From: a virus
Taxonomy: Duplodnaviria > Caudoviricetes
Length of the DNA: 50,084 nucleotides
IMG/VR virus record: IMGVR_UViG_3300032272_000019
Span: 1 to 50,084 of that record
Direction: 5' to 3' (one strand)
Position numbers and translations under genes: made by a program. The notes under the pieces were generated by a model. That model did no database searches. It saw nothing but the letters and a program-made list of their open reading frames with translations, and was not told the DNA's origin. This document shows, in pieces, positions 37,451 to 45,936 of the stretch (its first letter is position 1; the number at the start of each line of letters is the position of its first letter).

Positions 37451-39283
37451 ATGACAGTACCATTCAGACAAACTAATTTTGCCGACGATGAACCTGCGAA
37501 AGTTAAAACCCTGATCGACAACGCCATGTCAGTGTTGTCAGCAAAGGGGGCATCGTTCGCGCCTTATGCAGGCATTACCATTGATCTCAAACCCGCCGAT
37601 ATCGACTTTGCCGGTAACCTCATCAAGAAAAAAGGTCATAACTTTATTGTCGATGACGTGGTCAACTTCACCACCAACGGCACGTTGTTCGCCCCGGTTG
37701 TTGCGGGTACTGATTATTGGGTTATAGCCAGTGGGTTGACCGATGACGCATATAAAATCTCCGCAACGCAGGGCGGGCCAGAGATCGATTTCACCGATGG
37801 TGGGGTGGGCTTGCATGTCTGCACTTTGAAAGCCGTGATGCAGTGCCGGTCGCATCCTGGGAAAATTCCGGTTGTTGATGCTATGCCGACAAAACAAGGC
37901 ACACAGAGATCGTTGGTGTTGGTGGCACCGGTGACCGACCCACGCAACGATATCATGGTGATCGACAGTAGTACGGGTGTGCTATCAGTCATCGCCGGTG
38001 CCGAAAACGCATCACCGGTAGACCCGGCCATCACCAGCGGTAAGTTACCCATCGGGCGGATAAAAATGTACGTCGGCATGACGGCCATCACCAATAACGA
38101 CATTGATGAAGATTTACGGGAAGACCTGAAGACGGCCAGTAACCCAGCCAGCGCAAGCGAAACGGCGGAGGGTTTGATAGAGATTGCAACGCAAACAGAA
38201 ACCAATACTGGAACAGATAATGACAGGGCTGTCACCCCCTTAAAGCTTAAAGCTAATTTAGCAAGCCCCCCTCCAATTGGATCGGTTGCTGAAAATACGG
38301 GCAAGTTTACCTCTATCGAATCTACAACTACTTTACAGCTTGCAAATGGAACTACTGCCAATGAAATTTCAATTGATGGGACGTTTGGGGGGAACAGTGA
38401 CGATGCGGTGCCTACAGAAAAAGCTGCTAAAACTTTTATAGCCGCTCAAATTGCCGCTATCGACACCTCCCCTGCAGACGGTTCTATTTCCCAAGCAAAA
38501 TTAAAATCGACCACGGCTGACAATACCAAGGCCGCGAACGGTATCACAATGGCGACCTTAACAGGCGGTGAATATTCTTTTTGGATAACTGTTAAAAACA
38601 GCACCACCCAGAATAACGACTTTTCCGTTGCTCCTGTTTTGGGCGTTATTGATAATGGTTCCAGCCAAATAAGTACATCTAATAACCTAACGACCACTCT
38701 AACCTCAAGGATAACAATGTCGGTTTACGGCGGTGGTGGAACCATGACCGTAAGACACAGATATATTCAATCTTCGCCTCCTTACGACCTAGGTGATGGA
38801 GAGGTTCAGGGGTTCATTCAAGCACTTATTGAAAACGGAACTGGTAAAATTCTTGCTATGTCACATGGCGACGATCCGGTGTGGGCGAACAATGGCCCCA
38901 CCTGTATTAATCCCGAGTACGTGAGGGATGGGAAGTTTTACAGGAAAAGATGCGTGATTGATCGACTAAAGGATTTTGAGAACCCGGAAAGGTATTCGTC
39001 CATAGAACAGGAAATTACGCCGACTTTTAAAAATTCTGATATGGCTCTAATTCCCCATCCTTTCCTTGGTAACGACTTAACGGGGCAGTCAGTTATTATG
39101 ATTGATCCGAACGACCCTATCGTGGAGCGCGCTAGAATAATGAGGAACGCGGGGGAGTCCGCACTTGTGGAACTTTTCCATAACGACTATGTTCGATTCG
39201 GCAACACCCACCTAAGCGGACGTAAAACACCATCGTCTGAAATAATGGTGGTAAAGCCGACCTGGAAAAACACAGGAATTTAG
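37451..39283 (+). CDS. Tail fibre/receptor-binding protein
   Basis: ASET..G.IEIATQ.E...GTD..RAVTP fibre motif; D.AVPTEKA; position after gpJ. Confidence 0.8.
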   Translation: MTVPFRQTNFADDEPAKVKTLIDNAMSVLSAKGASFAPYAGITIDLKPADIDFAGNLIKKKGHNFIVDDVVNFTTNGTLFAPVVAGTDYWVIASGLTDDAYKISATQGGPEIDFTDGGVGLHVCTLKAVMQCRSHPGKIPVVDAMPTKQGTQRSLVLVAPVTDPRNDIMVIDSSTGVLSVIAGAENASPVDPAITSGKLPIGRIKMYVGMTAITNNDIDEDLREDLKTASNPASASETAEGLIEIATQTETNTGTDNDRAVTPLKLKANLASPPPIGSVAENTGKFTSIESTTTLQLANGTTANEISIDGTFGGNSDDAVPTEKAAKTFIAAQIAAIDTSPADGSISQAKLKSTTADNTKAANGITMATLTGGEYSFWITVKNSTTQNNDFSVAPVLGVIDNGSSQISTSNNLTTTLTSRITMSVYGGGGTMTVRHRYIQSSPPYDLGDGEVQGFIQALIENGTGKILAMSHGDDPVWANNGPTCINPEYVRDGKFYRKRCVIDRLKDFENPERYSSIEQEITPTFKNSDMALIPHPFLGNDLTGQSVIMIDPNDPIVERARIMRNAGESALVELFHNDYVRFGNTHLSGRKTPSSEIMVVKPTWKNTGI

Positions 39284-39298
39284 AAAGGAGCCTGGGCG

Positions 39299-39610
39299 AT
39301 GCCCGTAAAAGGTCTTGAATATATTGATGCGGCGATTGAGTGGGTGAAGCTGATCGGTAGTTTGATTTTGGGGGTGATCGCTATGATCTGGACCTCGCTC
39401 CGGAACGATAACAGCAAAGCCCATAAACGCATTGATGCTCTGCAAGAAGACAACTGCACCAAAAAGGATCTGGAGGCCGGACTAAAACCCATCCATGACA
39501 CCCAGCAGCTTATCTTGAATAATATGCTCGAGCACAGAAAAACTGAGCTGGTTGGGGCCGACCCGGTGGCGGAGGGTGAACACCGAGATCCTTCGACAGG
39601 CTCAGGATGA
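39299..39610 (+). CDS. Single-TM holin-like protein
   Basis: LIGSLILGVIAMIW then coiled coil; AGGAG RBS; end of late operon. Confidence 0.45.
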   Translation: MPVKGLEYIDAAIEWVKLIGSLILGVIAMIWTSLRNDNSKAHKRIDALQEDNCTKKDLEAGLKPIHDTQQLILNNMLEHRKTELVGADPVAEGEHRDPSTGSG

Positions 39611-39743
39611 CAATTAAAAACCTTGAAAGCAAATCCCCCTAACCCCCTTCGGAGAAGGGGGGATTAAATGAACCCCCTCTTCCTCGAAATACCCGTTCCG
39701 GGCACGAAGGCCAGGGTTAAGTACCACGAGGGCTGGGGTGATC
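39584..39743. repeat. Repeat cluster (family C plus two family B units) between convergent operons
   Basis: GAGATCCTTCGACAGGCTCAGGATGACA; AATCCCCCTAACCCCCTTCGGAGAAGGGGGGATT. Confidence 0.85.
39690..39728 (-). mobile_element. Type-1 micro-element, copy 4 (39 bp)
   Basis: Interrupts a CCCTCTT/AAGAGGG stem like that at 48629-48664. Confidence 0.8.
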
Positions 39744-39769
39744 TGGTTTCCCGGTTGCCATTTATAAAC

Positions 39770-40261
39770 TCAATTAGCCTTGCGGATTCTGACAGCTTCC
39801 TCGACTGCGTTTTCCAGGTGCTCGGAGATCCAGGCATATCTTTCCTTGCTGTTATCACCTTTAGGGTTGTAGCATTTTACGATGGGCGATAGTTCTACCC
39901 CGTCGACCGTGATGTGATTGAGCGGATTGCCGCCCATCTTTGCGATATACCCATCCAGATTTTTCAGGCCGTGGATCCGGATGCAGACCACGCCCATTCC
40001 GGCTTCCCAGGATTTTACAATTTCATGGGTGATCCATTTCCGGGCAGCCGTTTTTTCTCCAACAAGAACCACAGTGCAGGTCCGGCCGTGCATTTGGTCT
40101 TTGATCCATTTCTCAATTGCGGCGTCTCCCTTGCCGGTGACGGTTTCCCAGTCGTTGTCGGAGACGGGGGTGTTGCCCTCAAGCACGCCTATGTTGCGGA
40201 CCTGCCCGGCTCGTGAATTGTCGGGTTTGTAATGAAAGCTGTAAAAACATTTTCTGGCCAT
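39770..40261 (-). CDS. TIR domain protein (ThsB/MTH538/DUF1863-like)
   Basis: MARKCFYSFHY..D..RA.QVRNIG, CTVVLVG..TA.RKWI..EI..S. Confidence 0.9.
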   Translation of the reverse strand: MARKCFYSFHYKPDNSRAGQVRNIGVLEGNTPVSDNDWETVTGKGDAAIEKWIKDQMHGRTCTVVLVGEKTAARKWITHEIVKSWEAGMGVVCIRIHGLKNLDGYIAKMGGNPLNHITVDGVELSPIVKCYNPKGDNSKERYAWISEHLENAVEEAVRIRKAN

Positions 40262-40278
40262 GGGGGGAACTCCTTATT

Positions 40279-40692
40279 TTAAGAACAAGATTTTAAGAAC
40301 ATAACTATGACGATGGTGCCGGTCAGCACACCATGAAATGGAATGAGTGTCTGTGACATCACTACTGAAAACCATGTTCCGGATTTCTTCTTTACATCCG
40401 GAACGAGCGTAGTGTTCATAGAGAAATCGATATCGGCATTATCCAATTTGCGAACATGGTCGTAGAGCGCCCGAAACTTTTTTTCTTCCCATAAAAAATA
40501 ACCATCCAGCCCCCAGAACATGATGGCCGGAATGTATGCCAGAAAAATAAATGCAGGATTGGAATTTGCAGAAGACAAGGCGAATAGCGCAGAGATCAGG
40601 ACCACGCTCCAACCTTTCAGTAAAAATGAGTTGCTGGCCATGCGGGTGATGACAGCCTGTATAAACTCCAGATGTTTTAATTTTTGTTCCAT
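40279..40692 (-). CDS. Small multi-TM protein, candidate TIR-linked effector
   Basis: KHLEFIQ.VI.RMA.NSF.LKGW, FW.LD.YFL..E..FR.LY; about 3 hydrophobic segments. Confidence 0.8.
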   Translation of the reverse strand: MEQKLKHLEFIQAVITRMASNSFLLKGWSVVLISALFALSSANSNPAFIFLAYIPAIMFWGLDGYFLWEEKKFRALYDHVRKLDNADIDFSMNTTLVPDVKKKSGTWFSVVMSQTLIPFHGVLTGTIVIVMFLKSCS

Positions 40693-40725
40693 TGCTTACG
40701 TGCTCCGAATGGGTAGAACCAGAAC

Positions 40726-40755
40726 CTGGATTGCTTCACTGCGTTCGCAACGACG
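40726..40755. repeat. Family C unit
   Basis: CTGGATTGCTTCACTGCGTTCGCAACGACG. Confidence 0.75.
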
Positions 40756-40781
40756 GGCAGCTTTTCACGTTGGCCGGACGC

Positions 40782-41855
40782 CTAGTCACGCATCTCCGGC
40801 GTCAACGGCCGACCGTTGGCTTTTTTCTGTTCGATTTCTTCGACGGCTTTTTCTAGCGCAAGAAACCGTTTCGCGGTCGAAGGGTGGGTGGAGCCTTTCA
40901 GGTTGATGGCGTTCGGGTGGGCACTGGCCATGCGGCGCCACAGACCTGCAGCCATTTTGCAATCGTTCCCGCTCTGTTCAGTGTAATAGCAACCTACATA
41001 ATCCGCTTCGGCTTCAAATTCCTGCGAATAGGCCATGCCTGCCGCCTGGGATATTGAGGTACCTGAATAGACCCCTCCGGATGCCACGATCAACACGGCA
41101 TCGAGCAAAAACCCTGCCATGCGGTTGCCCAGTTTACTGAGCGAGTGGCCCATGGTGTTATGCGCCATTTCATGTCCGATGATCAGCGCCAGTTCGTCGT
41201 CACTCTCAATAAATTTCATCATGCCGGTGGTGATCATGATGTTCGACCCATCGGCGAAGGCGTTGACGGTGTCGGTCTCCTGAATGACCACAGGGGCATA
41301 ACAGGCCTTCATTCCTTCAATGGTGATGTCATGATGTTCAGTGCCGCGCAGGATCCTTAGTTCTAAATTTTTGTTGTCGCCCTTGCTCCAGTTGGTGATT
41401 TTTGCGCCGAGGTTTGAGAATAAACTTTTCTCTTCACCATTCACGAGCAGGATCTTGTCACGCACTTGCAGTCCGCTCCGGTCGGCCGGGGAGCCAGGTA
41501 AAACAGAAAAAACCGTTAGTTTGTCGTCAACCCCATAGAGATTGTTCCAGGCTTCTTTGCCGATTTCGTCGGCAGTGCCATAAGTTCGGTTATGGAATCC
41601 TGCGTACCAGGTGGCATCGTCTCCACAGGCTTTGGAGTTTTTAGAAAGAACCGGCAAGGCCACACGGTCGAGCCGGTTACGCATGCTGACCTTTTCACTG
41701 ATGGCCGTCTGCATCTGGCGCAGGGCTTCGGCGTGGGCATCTTCTGCGCTGATGGTTGGGGTCTGAGTCTTTGGGGCACACGCGGCCATGAGCATGGCTG
41801 TACAGAATATTGTCATTCTGAATGGAGTGAAGAATCTCGCAGTTCCGGTTTCCAT
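40782..41855 (-). CDS. M48 metalloprotease lipoprotein with PDZ domain
   Basis: MAAC lipobox, V.PGSPA..SGL...D.I..VNG PDZ, NAFA, ELA.IIGHEMAH, E.EAD, STHP. Confidence 0.9.
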   Translation of the reverse strand: METGTARFFTPFRMTIFCTAMLMAACAPKTQTPTISAEDAHAEALRQMQTAISEKVSMRNRLDRVALPVLSKNSKACGDDATWYAGFHNRTYGTADEIGKEAWNNLYGVDDKLTVFSVLPGSPADRSGLQVRDKILLVNGEEKSLFSNLGAKITNWSKGDNKNLELRILRGTEHHDITIEGMKACYAPVVIQETDTVNAFADGSNIMITTGMMKFIESDDELALIIGHEMAHNTMGHSLSKLGNRMAGFLLDAVLIVASGGVYSGTSISQAAGMAYSQEFEAEADYVGCYYTEQSGNDCKMAAGLWRRMASAHPNAINLKGSTHPSTAKRFLALEKAVEEIEQKKANGRPLTPEMRD

Positions 41856-42032
41856 AGCGCACCCAAATAATTTAGGAATGCCTGATGTTAGCTTGATAAT
41901 TCGATTTATGCTATATTTTTTTTCTCGGGTTTAAATTAGGCGATCCGGGCAATTATATGGACCCCTTCCGCACGACCACCGGGCGGAGGGGGTTTATTGT
42001 GGCGTCACGTTGCAACTGATTTTAAAGGAAAG

Positions 42033-42395
42033 TTAATTCAGGTTTTCGTTGGGCGGGATTACTTTGTCAAAATTCAGGATACGGGGGAAATCCAACTTCA
42101 CGACCACCTCAGAACCCGGCTCGATACTCTCCGCACGGACAACTTGTCCGGCCTTAAATTCATAACTGTATTCCCTGAAATCGGTACCTTGACCATTGCA
42201 AAGAATCATGTGCCCGTTAAATGGGAATATGTATCGAGGATCTCCATCGTAATACGGCTCCTTGTAGAGCTCACCATTTTCGATGGAGTAATCTTCAAGG
42301 GCGCCGCCAAGCTCATAGGTCTGGAAACCGCGATAATTCGGCTCCCACCCGTCCGGCAGGGGGTCTTTGATTAGAACTGTGTCATAGCTGGCCAT
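42033..42395 (-). CDS. Conserved hypothetical protein
   Basis: M.SYDTV....PLP, FQT..L...L..Y.I..G.L. Confidence 0.65.
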   Translation of the reverse strand: MASYDTVLIKDPLPDGWEPNYRGFQTYELGGALEDYSIENGELYKEPYYDGDPRYIFPFNGHMILCNGQGTDFREYSYEFKAGQVVRAESIEPGSEVVVKLDFPRILNFDKVIPPNENLN

Positions 42396-42399
42396 AAGC

Positions 42400-42777
42400 T
42401 TAAGAAGGAATGAGGCTGATATAAGTCGATGGAATTGCATGAATGACATCGTCCGGGTCTTTACGTTCGACCAAATCTACAGAACCGCGCAGGTCATGCC
42501 AAGATGATTCGTTAATTTTAATACCAATTCTGTCGAGGAACACTTTGACCTGGATATGAAATAAAGTTTTTTTTCCATCGTGAATGACCCAGTCGGAATC
42601 CTCCGGGTAAACGATCTCAAAAGGGAAAGCCTTAAACCTTTCGCCACAAGAATCGATATCGGCAGTGCCATTGACAAGGCGAACCGGTGAGCTGAGAAGC
42701 GGATGCGTGATTGTTAAAAGTGTGAGGATACATTGGCCGTCCTCAATAGCTTTTACAAGTTTTTCAGCTTTATTCAT
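42400..42777 (-). CDS. Second, divergent DUF1833-like protein
   Basis: LLTITHP.LSSPVRLVN...I.S.G..F.AFPFEI..P.D aligns to 32590-33072. Confidence 0.7.
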   Translation of the reverse strand: MNKAEKLVKAIEDGQCILTLLTITHPLLSSPVRLVNGTADIDSCGERFKAFPFEIVYPEDSDWVIHDGKKTLFHIQVKVFLDRIGIKINESSWHDLRGSVDLVERKDPDDVIHAIPSTYISLIPS

Positions 42778-42796
42778 TAGGAAACCTCTTGATGTG

Positions 42797-42866
42797 AATC
42801 ACCCCAGCCCCTCTTTAAAAAGAGGGGTCCATATAACTCCACCTGATAAGGGGGATTGAGGGGGTT
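42797..42866. repeat. Family B double hairpin
   Basis: Inverted counterpart of 33153-33222. Confidence 0.8.
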
Positions 42867-43071
42867 AAAGGTCTTGACGTTTATCATTTATGAGATCGTT
42901 TAAAGATTCTTCAAGCGTGACCCTGGTGGAACTTGCACGTTTTTTTGCCAACTCTATTTCTTCATCAGTCGCGCCGAAAAAGCGCAATTCCTGATTGATC
43001 TTATCAAACCGTCTGCGTAAATTATTGTAGGGATCAAAAAGAAAAGCTGCATATAAGTTAGATGGTTTCAT
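42865..43071 (-). CDS. Hypothetical protein
   Basis: ORF bounded by repeats on both sides. Confidence 0.5.
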   Translation of the reverse strand: MKPSNLYAAFLFDPYNNLRRRFDKINQELRFFGATDEEIELAKKRASSTRVTLEESLNDLINDKRQDL

Positions 43072-43075
43072 ACTC

Positions 43076-43182
43076 AACCCCCTCAGTCCCCTGTGGTGCC
43101 AACTCCAAAGCCTTCATGCCCGGAACGGGTACTTGTCAGGGGGAAGTTTTAAATCTGCGTTCATCGGTGTTTATCTGTGGTT
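43076..43182. repeat. Family B (filled) plus family A half-element
   Basis: Matches 33153-33185 after insert removal; decamers at 43153-43182. Confidence 0.85.
43092..43131 (+). mobile_element. Type-1 micro-element, copy 5 (40 bp)
   Basis: Removal restores 33152-33185 with one mismatch. Confidence 0.82.
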
Positions 43183-43675
43183 AGATGCCCGTCTGTTGTG
43201 CGGTGGCCATGAGTGGATCATGCCCGGCATCTTGCACCAGTTGGCGCCATGCTTTGGCGAACCCGATCAAGGGTAATTCAGACACCTTGCCATCGATGCG
43301 AAACTTTAAGGTCTGACCGGTCAGCATCTCACTCACCAGGTGCCGCGAGGCTTCACCGTTTAAATCATCCTGATCGAACCTGAACGGCCTGTTCCGGTCT
43401 ATGCGGATTTCTATTGGTGTGCGGGAGCCCAGCCGGGTTCTCTCTGCGTTGATATAAAAAAGAGCCTTGATATTATTGTCCTTGATTAACAGTGCCGCAC
43501 CGTTGATTTTCAAGTTATTGCTTGTGGACCCTGTAAATTCATGCGCCCCTACCGAGCATCGTTTCTCATCGGTGAACGAATCTGTGGTGCAATCGAATTT
43601 CCAGCCATCGAATTCAGCAAATACTGTACTCGTTGAAAAAACAAAAACCAGTAAAAGCATGAATATTTTTTTCAT
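43181..43675 (-). CDS. Secreted hypothetical protein
   Basis: MKK-hydrophobic-VFA signal; W...C.TD.FTD.K.C; L.GF.KA. Confidence 0.75.
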   Translation of the reverse strand: MKKIFMLLLVFVFSTSTVFAEFDGWKFDCTTDSFTDEKRCSVGAHEFTGSTSNNLKINGAALLIKDNNIKALFYINAERTRLGSRTPIEIRIDRNRPFRFDQDDLNGEASRHLVSEMLTGQTLKFRIDGKVSELPLIGFAKAWRQLVQDAGHDPLMATAQQTGI

Positions 43676-44052
43676 GATTTGTCTCCAGTTTGTTTTCGAT
43701 ATCTAATTATGGATTCAAGTTCGGCCACCCTTCCTACCAGTTCCAGGCGTTCCTTTTCCGTGCCGTTATTCAGACAATAGATGAATCGGGAGACGGCTGC
43801 AACATGTTTTGCGCCGCCGGGTTTGCCCGGCTCAATGTTCATTCGGCAGTCTGATGTGAACTCGTCGAAGTCCAAACCCTCGTTATGGCAAAAAACCTTA
43901 ACCTGTTCGATGGGTGTGGAGTTGCGGGTGCGACGTTCGCGCACTGCCGCGGTAGACATGCCCAGCAGCTTGCCCACTTCTGTGTCGGTGCGCACTTTTT
44001 TATAAAAGCAAATTTTCAGAAAAAGCCTGGCAAAATCGATGTCCATCGGCAT
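43672..44052 (-). CDS. CI-type HTH protein (186/P2 CI-like N-domain)
   Basis: TDTEVGKLLGMSTAAVRERRTRNSTP. Confidence 0.7.
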   Translation of the reverse strand: MPMDIDFARLFLKICFYKKVRTDTEVGKLLGMSTAAVRERRTRNSTPIEQVKVFCHNEGLDFDEFTSDCRMNIEPGKPGGAKHVAAVSRFIYCLNNGTEKERLELVGRVAELESIIRYRKQTGDKS

Positions 44053-44135
44053 GTATGAAATTCAAGCAATTGTTAGGGTTAATCACAGATTATAGGTGAT
44101 ATGCGGGAATTATCAATAAATATTTTGGAAAACTA

Positions 44136-44534
44136 TTATTCCTCTTTATCAGGCAGGTGGAAACGGGGGTGTTGTCGTCTTCGGATTTTACTGTAGGTCG
44201 TCTCAATGTTATCGAACACTTTGCCCTTGAGTTCCAGGTCCGGGTCGGCAGAGATCACCTTCAGCATATCCAGCCGCTGGAGAAACTTTTCTGTGTCTTC
44301 CGGTCCATAAAGTTCGCTGGCCTCTTCAACGGTCATGTCGTGGTAACCCAGCAGTGTTGGGACCTGGACGTTGAGTGCCGCGGCAATGGCTTTGACGGAC
44401 TTCTCACCCAGGTTGTCGCTCGACTCAATTTTATAAACGTGGTTGGGTGAACAGCCAACGCGATCGGCAAACTGTTGAACAGACCAGCCCGCCGCAAGCC
44501 GAAACTGCTTAATTTTTTTTCCCCATAAATCCAT
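44136..44534 (-). CDS. XRE repressor (candidate immunity repressor, no peptidase domain)
   Basis: GKKIKQFRLAAGWSVQQFADRVGCSPNHVYKIE; divergent from Cro-like gene. Confidence 0.8.
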   Translation of the reverse strand: MDLWGKKIKQFRLAAGWSVQQFADRVGCSPNHVYKIESSDNLGEKSVKAIAAALNVQVPTLLGYHDMTVEEASELYGPEDTEKFLQRLDMLKVISADPDLELKGKVFDNIETTYSKIRRRQHPRFHLPDKEE

Positions 44535-44654
44535 GTAATAACGCCCGTTGCGGTTTTAGTATCATCGCCCTTCCAAATTTAATGTTGACTTTTAAAGCAA
44601 ATACTGTAATTTATCGTCAAATTATCCATACAAGAAAATTGAGGGCATTGACAT
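44535..44654. promoter_or_regulatory. Divergent promoter/operator region
   Basis: AT-rich; TTGACT at 44585 (+) and TTGACG at 44620 (-). Confidence 0.45.
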
Positions 44655-45245
44655 ATGAGTCAAGCAATCTTCGGAGGACTCGTTACCGAGGTCCGGGAAG
44701 AAAAAGGCATCAGCCGGTCCAAGCTCTGCGAGATCATGGGTTACAAAACCTCTGGTGCAGTGACCCGGCTTGAGCAATCTGACAACCCGACGCTGGAACA
44801 AATCAGGAAATCAGCTCAAGCGCTTGAGGTTCCTGTGTCCCGTCTGATTCCAGAGCTTGCCGAAAAACCCGCGCAGAATGTCACCCGGCGTTTTTCAAAA
44901 GCCTTCCTCGCGGTCCTGGTTTTTTTAATAGCAGGCATTTTTACACTGGGACTCTATGCGGTCAATGTAAAAAATTCGGCAATTCGGAAACAATCTGACC
45001 TTTTATTCGGAATGGGAGCGAAATATTACCCTTCCGTAGAGGCCAAAATAGAACCGGAAGGAGCGCGGCAGTGTTTCGGCCGGCTCACTGAAGCCGAGCA
45101 GATGCAGGCGAACAGCAATCTTTTTGCTTACCTCCGGCATGTTAAACGCGTGCGGGAGGGGGGCTTTATCCAAAGCTATAAACAGATTTCAACATGGTAT
45201 TGCAAGAGCTGGCGGAATAGTTATCCGATAAAAACAGACGGCTGA
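44655..45245 (+). CDS. Cro-position XRE HTH protein with transmembrane helix
   Basis: REEKGISRSKLCEIMG..SGAVTRLE; AFLAVLVFLIAGIFTLGLYAV. Confidence 0.75.
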   Translation: MSQAIFGGLVTEVREEKGISRSKLCEIMGYKTSGAVTRLEQSDNPTLEQIRKSAQALEVPVSRLIPELAEKPAQNVTRRFSKAFLAVLVFLIAGIFTLGLYAVNVKNSAIRKQSDLLFGMGAKYYPSVEAKIEPEGARQCFGRLTEAEQMQANSNLFAYLRHVKRVREGGFIQSYKQISTWYCKSWRNSYPIKTDG

Positions 45246-45266
45246 ATAATTCGAGGAGGCTGTGGC

Positions 45267-45443
45267 ATGAAAGATTTATTGCATCACGAAAACACGCAGT
45301 TAAAAACGGACATGGAGGTCCTCGTGCGCCACATCACAGGCGAGCTGGATGAAATCGGTTTGAACGAGGGCCACGTTTTTCAGGTTCTTCAACGCCACAC
45401 CAAAACAGAGATAGAACTTTTGGCGGAGTGTCCGCATGGTTGA
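45267..45443 (+). CDS. 58-aa hypothetical protein (not in ORF track)
   Basis: GAGGAGG RBS; MKDLLHHENTQLK...ECPHG. Confidence 0.6.
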   Translation: MKDLLHHENTQLKTDMEVLVRHITGELDEIGLNEGHVFQVLQRHTKTEIELLAECPHG

Positions 45444-45936
45444 TCCGACGCAAAAGGATGAAAATGTAATCCGCTTTTTCATTGCCGGGGATCCTGTTCC
45501 GCAACAGCGCCACCGTGACCGGAAGCCGGTGCGGAGCAAGAAAGGGAAACTCTTCACACCGAAATACGATCCGTCGGCTACCGCCAAACAACAGTTTCTT
45601 TTGCAAGCCAAATCGAAAGCACCCGAACGGGTGTGGACGGGTCCGATTCAGATGGATTTGATTTTCGTTTTTCCCATCCCGAAATCCCGCAAAGACCTGA
45701 ATCCGGGGGATTACCACATACAAAAACCCGATCGCGACAATTTGATGAAGTTTGTCAAGGATGCGCTTGGTGAGATACCTGCAAAAGGGCGCAGGGCAAA
45801 GGTGCCGTCGCTGTTCTATAAAGACGACTGCCAGATCTGCGCCGGGCCAACTCATAAAATTTACGGAGCCCCAAAACATGTCGGGGTTCACGTCACTTTA
45901 ACGAGGTTGAGCTACCCCTCCGGGGCACGAATTTAA
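45436..45936 (+). CDS. rusA: RusA Holliday junction resolvase
   Basis: G.PVPQ.R.R, KPDRDNL.K.V.DAL, YKDDCQI. Confidence 0.9.
   Translation: MVDPTQKDENVIRFFIAGDPVPQQRHRDRKPVRSKKGKLFTPKYDPSATAKQQFLLQAKSKAPERVWTGPIQMDLIFVFPIPKSRKDLNPGDYHIQKPDRDNLMKFVKDALGEIPAKGRRAKVPSLFYKDDCQICAGPTHKIYGAPKHVGVHVTLTRLSYPSGARI

Noticed and set aside
39668-39892. ORFs 39668-39892(+) and 26096-26299(+)
   Set aside because: Largely translations of repeat sequence overlapping real genes
41998-42014. TGTGGCGTCACGTTGCA as a third copy of the 36-bp palindromic insert
   Set aside because: Only about 11 nt match and the conserved TCCAATGAA flank is absent
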